From the NCBI GenBank assembly GCA_950097015.1, contig CATNEN010000001.1, forward strand, positions 6,696,001-6,760,000: a stretch of 64,000 bases of DNA, written 5' to 3'. This document shows positions 31,001 to 41,400 of the stretch, piece by piece (the stretch's first letter is position 1; every line of letters starts with the position of its first letter). Both the position numbers and the translations under genes were made by a program. This DNA is from Macrostomum hystrix (Eukaryota > Animalia > Platyhelminthes). The notes under the pieces were generated by a model. The model saw nothing but the letters and a program-made list of their open reading frames with translations. It ran no database searches and was not told where the DNA came from.

Positions 31001-31759
31001 AGAGTGTACACTGCCTGACGATGAGAAAGTCAGGGCAGATGTACACACCTATGTGAGCGTATGTCTGTGTACAGTATCTGTGTGCGTTTGTGTGCTCAGG
31101 AGTCAGCGAAATGGGCGGAGTGCCTCCTCTCTGGAAGTCGGCTGGTGTCACAAAGGATTTGCCAGTGGCCGCAGCCCTTCTGCAATTATTATTATTATGC
31201 TAAAATTCTATGGTAAGACATGAAAGGAGATCAAATATCGCTAATCTAGAAACATAAAAGCGTAACGGGACATTGTCTTCCAGGAAAAATATCCAAAATG
31301 ACGGGGTCAAAGATCAAAATGGTCGCTGTGTACTCACGGCATCGGCTTGAATTTCTCGCCGTTAGCCAGAGCCACATAGTGTCCTTTATCCTCCAGCATG
31401 TCCAAATCTCGGAGGCGTCGTCTGCCTCTACGCGGCGTCACAATGGTCCTGACAGCGCCGCGAATCGGATTAACCGACTGAGTCACCTGTTCGAGGAAGA
31501 CGTCCCAGTCGCGAGTCTGGCGCGGATTCAGCACCAGCTTCTTGGACGGGGCGAACACGTCGCCATTTCTGTAGAGATAGACACTCTTCACGCTGCTGGT
31601 TGAACTCCTAGAGCTGGCTGTGGATGACGAACCTGCATTTTCCCGTTGAGTGGTGCCACCGCCAGGAGCTCCGGCACCGTCGTCATGCTGACCGTGAGCG
31701 CCGCTGTCATCCTGATGAGAATTCGGCTGTTCGTCACCGTCTCGATGCTTAGTAGCCAT
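25050..31759 (-). CDS. Tandem doublecortin (DCX) domain protein, DCDC2-like, with acidic linker and poly-Q tail carrying four IQ-like motifs (about 764 aa)
   Basis: Phase-consistent exons: 31759-31338, 30766-30643, 30188-30094, 29975-29841, 29755-29609, 29017-28931, 27483-27427, 27103-26974, 26860-26699, 25985-25050. DCX1: VYLYRNGDVF..FLEQVT..GAVRTIVTPRRGRRRL..HYVALANGEKFKPMPY. DCX2: VRVYRNGDEF..AIRKLYDMNGRRI..YYVAAGHEPF. IQ-like motifs: IQSSIKGFQTRK, IQSSVRGFDTRK, IQSAYKGHQTRK, IQAAVNSYKTRK. The small middle exons are least certain. Confidence 0.72.
26180..26510 (+). mobile_element. SINE family B copy (5'-truncated), interrupted by a small TIR element
   Basis: CCTGAGCTCGATTCCGCGGCGAGGCCACATT...GGGCGCAGCC..GGAGAGAAGGCTTGG matches the copies at 30893, 43145 and 49230. 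Confidence 0.75.
26217..26369. mobile_element. Small non-autonomous DNA transposon (MITE-like) nested in a SINE
   Basis: Absent from the other SINE B copies. Ends ACAGGAGAAA...TTTCTACTGT are imperfect TIRs, flanked by TA (or TTAA/TTAG). The right half is homologous to 37790-38409. Confidence 0.65.
27130..27415. repeat. 19-bp minisatellite (TGTCTGTCTAACAGTTTGG), fills intron 27104-27426
   Basis: Tandem copies sharing the TGTCTAACAG core with the 14.5 and 16.3 kb arrays. Confidence 0.85.
28335..28695. repeat. GA-rich low-complexity tract
   Basis: Purine runs (GAGAGGA)n. Confidence 0.88.
29160..29558. repeat. G-rich tandem repeat (GGGTGCTGAGGGGTGGT), G-quadruplex-prone
   Basis: Dense GGG/GGGG runs in tandem units. 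Confidence 0.85.
30295..30545 (-). mobile_element. SINE family A copy, in a DCX-gene intron
   Basis: High similarity to 516-834, including A/B boxes and the CORE-like domain. Confidence 0.85.
30562..30574. promoter_or_regulatory. RFX X-box-like site GTAACCTAGCAAC (intronic, DCX gene)
   Basis: Fits the X-box pattern with a perfect TAGCAAC half-site. Confidence 0.35.
30893..31197 (+). mobile_element. SINE family B copy (tRNA-like head, (ATT)n tail)
   Basis: B-box-like GAGCTCGATTCC, body GTGTACACTGCCTGACRATGAGAAAGTCAGGGCAGATGTACA, tail ATTATTATTAT. Confidence 0.78.
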
Positions 31760-33029
31760 GCGTGATAATTAATCCTGCTCAGGCAAACAATTTGTGTCAA
31801 TTAAATTTTCTTCAAAATCTTTCTAGCATAGTACCTTTTAAGCTTTGATTGAAAGTGAGATCTTCTGCTAGTTGGTCAAGCTTTAATAACGCAGACTCAA
31901 AACTGATACTGAGATCAAAGTGCGCCAACAACTGCTCAATAAATAATTAAGATAAGTCTTCTTTGTTAAGTCCTTCTGTTGGCTGAACTCGTGTAACGCA
32001 AGGTCTATAAAACTATATCTCTGAGCTGATAATATTTGACTTTTAAATTGTCGATATTGTTGAAAACATAATACTAAATTTGTCAGAGATAGGCAGAATT
32101 TATAAGTATATATATCTATACGATCAGTTATAAAAAAAAGATCTCGCCGCAGCGGAATCTAAATTCGCGCGCAGCAAACTGGCGTTGTCATTGACAACCG
32201 GTCTGAGCAGCGGAGCGACGCGTTTGAGTCGGGTAAGGGTTTTGAGGGTCCAAGGGTAGAGAAACGCTAGGCTTGGAAGGAGGCAGAGATAGAGATGGCG
32301 GAGCGAAGAGAGAGAGAGAGAGAGAGAAGGTAATGTGCAAGACCATGCGTTTGTAAGCAATCGGTGCTGCGCAGCCTGACATTGTGACCGACTGTGCTAG
32401 CTAGTAGATATCGCTATGGTAGCTTCAAATGGGACTGCACAGAGGGTAGGGACGAGAGAGCTATAACTGATAATGAGCAGAGCTAATGCTTAGTCTATGC
32501 TCAACCGCTATTAAGTATTATACGAGCTAGATAGAAGAGAATTGGAAGTCGAATAACTCGCTTAAGGCTAGAGGAGTAAATTATAATTAAGCAGTGGAAA
32601 GGAAGAGATATAGAGGCCGTATCTAGTTCTTCTAGGCAAGCATTTTTACAAGTGCTACACACTGGGGAGCATCCTAAGGATTAGCATTCTTTTCATTCTA
32701 CGAGTAGATATTGCTGCGCTATGTTCATTACTCTACTATTTTCTCAGCTTTCAACATAGCTTTTCTAACACGTTAGCTTTTTACAGTTCGTTTCATTTCC
32801 AAGTGCCAGGGTACACTCACATCTTTATGGTTCGCCGTGTCGCTATGCTAATCATGAAGGCACATTATCAAGCCACGAGTATAATTATCGCATCACCATC
32901 CAATGCGTTGTACTTATAAGGTTTTGCAACCAAATGAATCCAATGAGGTTTTTAGGCTGATGATAAATTTTCTTGCGATGATCAAAGATCAAAGAAATGA
33001 TCAATGATCAATGATCAAAGAAGTTTTCT

Positions 33030-36000
33030 GGAGGGTTGTCATAGCTGAGGATCTGTGAAGGTTATGGAAGGTTGTCACAGCTGAGGATCTGAGAAGGTTA
33101 TGGAAGTTTGTCACAGCTGAGGATCTGAGAAGGTTATGGAAGTTTGTCACAGCTGAGGATCTGTAAAGGTTATGGAAGGTTGTCACAGCTGAGGATCTGA
33201 GAAGGTTATGGAAGGTTGTCACAGCTGAGGATCTGTGAAGGTTATGGAAGGTTGTCACAGCTGAGGATCTGTGAAGGTTATGGAAGGTTGTCACAGCTGA
33301 GGATCTGTGAAGGTTATGGAAGGTTGTCACAGCTGAGGATCTGTGAAGGTTATGGAAGGTTGTCGCAGCTGAGGATCTGTGAAGGTTATGGAAGGTTGTC
33401 ACAGCTGAGGATCTGTGAAGGTTATGGAAGGTTGTCACAGCTGAGGATCTGAGAAGGTTATGGAAGTTTGTCACAGCTGAGGATCTGAGAAGGTTATGGA
33501 AGTTTGTCACAGCTGAGGATCTGAGAAGGTTATGGAAGTTTGTCACAGCTGAGGATCTGTGAAGGTTATGGAAGTTTGTCACAGCTGAGGATCTGAGAAG
33601 GTTATGGAAGGTTGTCACAGCTGAGGATCTGAGAAGGTTATGGAAGGTTGTCACAGCTGAGGATCTGAGAAGGTTATGGAAGGTTGTCACAGCTGAGGAT
33701 CTGTGAAGGTTATGGAAGGTTGTCACAGCTGAGGATCTGTGAAGGTTATGGAAGGTTGTCACAGCTGAGGATCTGTGAAGGTTATGGAAGGTTGTCACAG
33801 CTGAGGATCTGTAAAGGTTATGGAAGGTTGTCACAGCTGAGGATCTGTGAAGGTTATGGAAGGTTGTCACAGCTGAGGATCTGAGAAGGTTATGGAAGGT
33901 TGTCACAGCTGAGGATCTGTGAAGGTTATGGAAGGTTGTCACAGCTGAGGATCTGTGAAGGTTATGGAAGGTTGTCACAGCTGAGGATCTGTGAAGGTTA
34001 TGGAAGGTTGTCACAGCTGAGGATCTGAGAAGGTTATGGAAGTTTGTCACAGCTGAGGATCTGTGAAGGTTATGAAAGGTTGTCACAGCTGAGGATCTGT
34101 GAAGGTTATGAAAGGTTGTCACAGCTGAGGATCTGTGAAGGTTATGGAAGGTTGTCACAGCTGAGGATCTGAGAAGGTTATGGAAGGTTGTCACAGCTGA
34201 GGATCTGTGAAGGTTATGGAAGGTTGTCACAGCTGAGGATCTGAGAAGGTTATGGAAGGTTGTCATAGCTGAGGATCTGTGAAGGTTATGGAAGGTTGTC
34301 ACAGCTGAGGATCTGAGAAGGTTATGGAAGGTTGTCACAGCTGAGGATCTGTGAAGGTTATGGAAGGTTGTCACAGCTGAGGATCTGAGAAGGTTATGGA
34401 AGGTTGTCATAGCTGAGGATCTGTGAAGGTTATGGAAGGTTGTCACAGCTGAGGATCTGTGAAGGTTATGGAAGGTTGTCACAGCTGAGGATCTGAGAAG
34501 GTTATGGAAGGTTGTCACAGCTGAGGATCTGAGAAGGTTATGGAAGGTTGTCACAGCTGAGGATCTGAGAAGGTTGTCACAGCTGAGGATCTGAGAAGGT
34601 TATGGAAGGTTGTCACAGCTGAGGATCTGTAAAGGTTATGGAAGGTTGTCACAGCTGAGGATCTGTGAAGGTTATGGAAGGTTGTCACAGCTGATGATCT
34701 GTGAAGGTTATGGAAGGTTGTCACAACTGAGGATCTGTGAAGGTTATGGAAGGTTGTCACAGCTGAGGATCTAAGAAGGTTATGGAAGGTTGTCACAGCT
34801 AAGGATCTGTGAAGGTTATGGAAGGTTGTCATAGCTGAGGATCTGAGAAGGTTATGGAAGTTTGTCACAGCTGAGGATCTGTGAAGGTTATGGAAGGTTG
34901 TCACAGCTGAGGATCTGTGAAGGTTATGGAAGTTTGTCACAGCTGAGGATCTGTGAAGGTTATGGAAGGTTGTCACAGCTGAGGATCTGTGAAGGTTATG
35001 GAAGGTTGTCACAGCTGAGGATCTGTGAAGGTTATGGAAGGTTGTCACAGCTGAGGATCTGTGAAGGTTATGGAAGGTTGTCACAGCTGAGGATCTGAGA
35101 AGGTTATGGAAGGTTGTCACAGCTGAGGATCTGAGAAGGTTATGGAAGGTTGTCACAGCTGAGGATCTGTGAAGGTTATGGAAGGTTGTCACAGCTGAGG
35201 ATCTGTGAAGGTTATGGAAGGTTGTCACAGCTGAGGATCTGAGAAGGTTATGGAAGGTTGTCACAGCTGAGGATCTGTGAAGGTTATGGAAGGTTGTCAC
35301 AGCTGAGGATCTGTGAAGGTTATGGAAGGTTGTCACAGCTGAGGATCTGTGAAGGTTATGGAAGTTTGTCACAGCTGAGGATCTGAGAAGGTTATGGAAG
35401 TTTGTCACAGCTGAGGATCTTTAAAGGTTATGGAAGGTTGTCACAGCTGAGGATCTGTGAAGGTCATAGAAGGTTGTCACAGCTGAGGATCTGTGAAGGT
35501 CATAGAAGGTTGTCACAGCTGAGGATCTGAGAAGGTTATGGAAGGTTGTCACAGCTGAGGATCTGAGAAGGTTATGGAAGTTTGTCACAGCTGAGGATCT
35601 GAGAAGGTTATGGAAGGTTGTCACAGCTGAGGATCTGAGAAGGTTATGGAAGGTTGTCACAGCTGAGGATCTGAGAAGGTTATGGAAGGTTGTCACAGCT
35701 GAGGATCTGAGAAGGTTATGGAAGGTTGTCACAGCTGAGGATCTGTGAAGGTTATGGAAGGTTGTCACAGCTGAGGATCTGTGAAGGTTATGGAAGGTTG
35801 TCACAGCTGAGGATCTGTGAAGGTTATGGAAGGTTGTCACAGCTGAGGATCTGTGAAGGTTATGGAAGGTTGTCACAGCTGAGGATCTGAGAAGGTTATG
35901 GAAGGTTGTCATAGCTGAGGATCTGTGAAGGTTATGGAAGGTTGTCACAGCTGAGGATCTGTGAAGGTTATGGAAGGTTGTCACAGCTGAGGATCTGAGA

Positions 36001-36615
36001 AGGTTATGGAAGGTTGTCACAGCTGAGGATCTGTGAAGGTTATGGAAGGTTGTCACAGCTGAGGATCTGAGAAGGTTATGGAAGGTTGTCACAGCTGAGG
36101 ATCTGTGAAGGTTATGGAAGGTTGTCACAGCTGAGGATCTGAGAAGGTTATGGAAGGTTGTCATAGCTGAGGATCTGTGAAGGTTATGGAAGGTTGTCAC
36201 AGCTGAGGATCTGAGAAGGTTATGGAAGGTTGTCACAGCTGAGGATCTGTGAAGGTTATGGAAGGTTGTCACAGCTGAGGATCTGTGAAGGTTATGGAAG
36301 GTTGTCACAGCTGAGGATCTGAGAAGGTTATGGAAGGTTGTCACAGCTGAGGATCTGAGAAGGTTATGGAAGGTTGTCACAGCTGAGGATCTGAGAAGGT
36401 TATGGAAGGTTGTCACAGCTGAGGATCTGTGAAGGTTATGGAAGGTTGTCACAGCTGAGGATCTGTGAAGGTTATGGAAGGTTGTCACAGCTGAGGATCT
36501 GAGAAGGTTATGGAAGGTTGTCACAGCTGAGGATCTGTGAAGGTTATGGAAGGTTGTCACAGCTGAGGATCTGTGAAGGTTATGGAAGTTTGTCACAGCT
36601 GAGGATTTGTGAAGC
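33030..36615. repeat. 36-bp satellite (GTTGTCACAGCTGAGGATCTGWGAAGGTTATGGAAG), about 99 copies, intergenic
   Basis: Highly homogeneous tandem array; explains the long ORFs 33001-36617. Confidence 0.96.
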
Positions 36616-37331
36616 ATTTGAAGACAGCAAAAAAACTTAAGTAAACACTTTCATTTCAAAGAATTAGAAAATTAAGTCAAACAATTATTACAATTATTAC
36701 TTTGCTACTTCAAGTAGACCATAGAAATTTGAATTTAATTGACTTGTGTATAGCGCGACTGTGAGTACGTTAATACCTAAATGATGCTTATATGTTTTTA
36801 TAAATAGAATAGCAATATATTTATTTATAGTGATAATAAAATCGAAAATCAAATAAACTTTGACACTGTCAACAACTGCAACGCACCAAAAATATATTTA
36901 TGGATTTATGAAATTTTCTATTGTACAGAAGTAACAGATATAAATAATTTCAAAAGACGACAAAGAAACAACCAAGAAGAATTTTTTGTGATGATCTGTG
37001 GCTAGCGACGAAAGAGTCCAAAAGCAGAAGAATTTGGCACACAGAGCTAAGCATTTCAAATAGTTGGATAAAAAATAAGAAAAGTGATGCATTTATTGCT
37101 TTACTAAACTACTGGATCAGCAAATCACCCTTGAAGAACATTTTCAGTTTTCTCACATCGTAATTCACAATATGAGAGCACAAGGAGAAAAAAAATATAT
37201 AAATATAGGGATTTAATTTGATAAATATAGATTAGATAAAAATTAGATATAGATAAAAGGGATTTAGTTATCTCCGTAGAGTATATTTTAAAAAAACCTA
37301 GACATTCTTTTAAGAAACGTCGTTTCCCGTC

Positions 37332-37440
37332 CAGTGGCGCAACCAGGTTTTGCTTTAGGGGGGGCGGTCTTTGCGTACATTGCCCCGCGGTTCGAAGGGG
37401 GGGGGTGGCCGCCATCCCCGCCCTCCTGGTTGCGCCACTG
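37332..37440. mobile_element. 109-bp hAT-type MITE
   Basis: Perfect 16-bp TIR CAGTGGCGCAACCAGG...CCTGGTTGCGCCACTG. Perfect 8-bp TSD TTCCCGTC at 37324-37331 and 37441-37448. Confidence 0.88.
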
Positions 37441-37807
37441 TTCCCGTCCATCTACTACTAGCGGTCCTTGGTTGGGATTCGAACTACTGATCATTATGTC
37501 AATGATTAATAGTAGAAAGAACAATATATTTTTCCAGTTGGGGAACGACCACGTTCCGCCCTCTGCGATGAACTGACTTTCAAAGCCGTACGAGCCAGCA
37601 TTGTCGAGATAGTCAGCGATTATTGTCGAAGACCCTGGTGACAAGGACAACTGACATTGCTCTGAATTAAGCTTTATGGCGAATCCATATTGTTTAAAGT
37701 ATTTTAGGTTTTTGCCACTAGACACCCCACGAGAATCGTTGAATATCTCGACAATGCCGATGTTTTGTGATTGTGAAAGTTGTTTTATCTGACAGAGGTG
37801 AAACATT

Positions 37808-38345
37808 TCTGGATTTTCATGGCGATTGGTTGAATATTTTAGCCCGTGTTCTCCATTTTCATGGCGATTGGTTGAATATTTTAGCCCGTGTTCTCCATTT
37901 TCATGGCGATTGGTTGAATATTTTAGCCCGTGTTCTCCATTTTCATGGCGATTGGTTGAATATTTTAGCCCGTGTTCTCCATTTTCATGGCGATTGGTTG
38001 AATATTTTAGCCCGTGTTCTCCATTTTCATGGCGATTGGTTGAATATTTTAGCCCGTGTTCTCCATTTTCATGGCGATCGGTTGAATATTTTAGCCCGTG
38101 TTCTCTATTTTCATGGCGATTGGTTGAATATTTTAGCCCGTGTTCTCCATTTTCATGGCGATTGGTTGAATATTTTAGCCCGTGTTCTCCATTTTCATGG
38201 CGATTGGTTGAATATTTTAGCCCGTGTTCTCCATTTTCATGGCGATTGGTTGAATATTTTAGCCCGTGTTCTCCATTTTCATGGCGATCGGTTGAATATT
38301 TTAGCCCGTGTTCTCCATTTTCATGGCGATTGGTTGAATATTTTA
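37808..38345. repeat. 42-bp minisatellite (GTTCTCCATTTTCATGGCGATTGGTTGAATATTTTAGCCCGT), about 13 copies, inside a TIR-element remnant ending near 38409
   Basis: The unit and the following unique sequence align with the single-copy segment 26270-26370. Confidence 0.88.
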
Positions 38346-38436
38346 GGAGATACAGAAAAAAGAAAAACGTGGGTATTTAAAATACCCCCCAGTGGTCAGA
38401 CCACTGTTAAGCTCTTCAAGTCACACAGACTAGGTG

Positions 38437-41400
38437 TCATTTCCGAGACCAGCAAAGCAGCACAGACAGGACCTGGTAGGCTGTGATGGTGTCAGGCAGG
38501 CGCACCTCAGCTCCGTCCTCAACCGGATCTATCTGCAATGGCCTCAGCCGCTCCTCGAGAGCGTTGGATTCGAAAGCCGATTTGACAACGCCGTTGTTGG
38601 GTAGACTCACGCGAAGGCGACTATGCCGAACGCAACCGCCGACGCTTTCATAGAATCGCATCAGAAACCAATTGGAACTCTCGGTGTAGTTGCTATCGTC
38701 CGTTGATAAGTGAACAGGTTTGATCCAGTCCAGAACTAAAGTTCGACTGCTACCAGGACTGGACTGCAGCACTGTTACAAGAGACACTGGATCGGATAGG
38801 CTGTCATTATTCAGTTGGCGCAGCTGCAAGAGGTCAGGCTCGCACTGGTAAGCAAACTGGCAGGCAGTGGCGATTAGACTGTCCTGCGCGTCCTGCCAGG
38901 CCAGACCGGCCAGACCCCGATGCGGCATCAGTGCGTAGCGCAGGCTATGCTCCGCATTGAAGTCGGCACCTGCGTCAGGTCCGCGTGGCGAGCGCAGCAG
39001 GCTCAGGTGAACTGTGCAGCCATTGCGGACACTGGCGCCGTAAATTGCCTGCTTGATAGTGGCCAGACCAAATGCCGGCTCGGATAGGTCCAGGTAGCGG
39101 TGAGAACAGTGCTCATGCGCGGCCCAATCCCAGCTGGTATTGCCGCGCGTTGGTCGGTCCACTTTGCCAGCCTGTATCTCGGCGCTGGCCCGAGTGACGC
39201 CGTGCAGGTCGCACGGTAGTTCAACGCGCAGCAGGGTGTGCGCGGCGCGCCACGGTTTAACCCGCGTGCAGAAGCTTAAACAGTGCGGCCTATCGGTTGC
39301 TATGGAAATCTCGTGCTCAATGCGAGACACTAGATTCGTTGATTTTGAGTCGCCCTCAGCTATCGGATAGCTAGTCAACTCGTAGACGGTCAAGCAGCTT
39401 TGATCTCCAGTAAGGCGGCACTGTTCAACTAAACGGCCCAGTCCTGTGGCATCCTCGGCTACCGTGCCGCGGGTCTCCCAGCTGTAGTCCATGATGTCCC
39501 AGGCGTCCCAGTACAGCGGCACATCGTGATAGTGAGTCAACTGGATTGGCGCTGAGAGGCACTCGCGACCACCGCCGGCTGACTTGCTGATCAGTGAGAC
39601 AACTCGGCCGCAAGAATCCACTCGAGCTAACAGGTGCGAATTCTCAAGCACAATGTCTGACTGGTGCAATGGCGGCTCAGTCCTAATGGTAGACTCATCT
39701 GGAATGACATCTGGTAGCTGGTCAAGTTGATGCACAGAGAATGGCGGCAATAGAACGAGTTGATCTTGAACCCTGAGGCGCATAGGCCATTGGGTTGGAT
39801 TAGCAAGGGCTTGGCACCCGGTGCCTCTAGCGGTACCAGATCTGGTAGCTTGCGGCGAGGCAGCCTGGAGACCTCGGATACGGCGACAGACATCGAGAAT
39901 CTCGGCATAGTGACGCGCGGAATCAGAGTAGACTCGACCGATGCTAGAGCCGGGCAATACGTCGTGAAACTGGTTCAGAAGCAGCAGTTGCCAGGCTGTG
40001 TCGAGCGACCTATGGGACTGAAATCAGACGCAAATGTTTTTCTTAAATCGTCTAAAAAGTGTTTCACTTAACTCAGATGGGGTCCAGGATGAATTAAAAC
40101 TTCTAGGACAGAAGCAACTGAAAGCTAAGCCTAAGTTCCCAGATTTTATGATAAGCGTATCACAGGTGTAAATAAGACGTAATTAGTAGACTTTGGGCGT
40201 TTGAGTCATTAAAGACACGTTTCAGTCATTCAGAAGAGTTTGAGTCGTCAGAGACTCGCTTGAGTCATTACAGAAGAGTTCGAGTCGTCAGAGACTCGCT
40301 TGAGTCATTATAGAAGAGTTTGAGTCGTCAGAGACTCGCTTGAGTCATTATAGAAGAGTTCGAGTCGTCAGAGACTCGCTTGAGTCATTACAGAAGAGTT
40401 TGAGTCGTCAGAGACTCGCTTGAGTCATTACAGAAGAGTTCGAGTCGTCAGAGACTCGCTTGAGTCATTATAGAAGAGTTTGAGTCGTCAGAGACTCGCT
40501 TGAGTCATTACAGAAGAGTTCGAGTCGTCAGAGACTCGCTTGAGTCATTATAGAAGAGTTTGAGTCGTCAGAGACTCGCTTGAGTCATTATAGAAGAGTT
40601 CGAGTCGTCAGAGACTCGCTTGAGTCATTACAGAAGAGTTCGAGTCGTCAGAGACTCGCTTGAGTCATTACAGAAGAGTTCGAGTCGTCAGAGACTCGCT
40701 TGAGTCATTACAGAAGAGTTTGAGTCGTCAGAGACTCGCTTGAGTCATTACAGAAGAGTTTGAGTCGTCAGAGACTCGCTTGAGTCATTACAGAAGAGTT
40801 TGAGTCGTCAGAGACTCGCTTGAGTCATTACAGAAGAGTTCGAGTCGTCAGAGACTCGCTTGAGTCATTACAGAAGAGTTCGAGTCGTCAGAGACTCGCT
40901 TGAGTCATTACAGAAGAGTTCGAGTCGTCAGAGACTCGCTTGAGTCATTATAGAAGAGTTTGAGTCGTCAGAGACTCGCTTGAGTCATTATAGAAGAGTT
41001 CAAGTCGTCAGAGACTCGCTTGAGTCATTACAGAAGAGTTCGAGTCGTCAGAGACTCGCTTGAGTCATTACAGAAGAGTTCGAGTCGTCAGAGACTCGCT
41101 TGAGTCATTACAGAAGAGTTCGAGTCGTCAGAGACTCGCTTGAGTCATTACAGAAGAGTTTGAGTCGTCAGAGACTCGCTTCAGTCATTACAGAAGAGTT
41201 TGAGTCGTCAGAGACTCGCTTGAGTCATTACAGAAGAGTTTGAGTCGTCAGAGACTCGCTTGAGTCATTACAGAAGAGTTTGAGGCGTTAGACAATCGTT
41301 TGAGTCGTTAGAGACTCGTTTGAGACGTTAGAGACTCGTTTGAGTCGTTAGAGACTCGTTTGAGGCGTTAGAGACTCGTTTCAGTCATTACAGAAGAGTT

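Noticed and set aside
33001-36617. Long ORFs of 517, 285 and 398 aa (SSAVTTFHNLHR repeats) as a repetitive protein gene
   Set aside because: They arise from a stop-free 36-bp unit. The frame breaks near 34570 and there is a stop near 35421, with no unique coding flanks or splice context.
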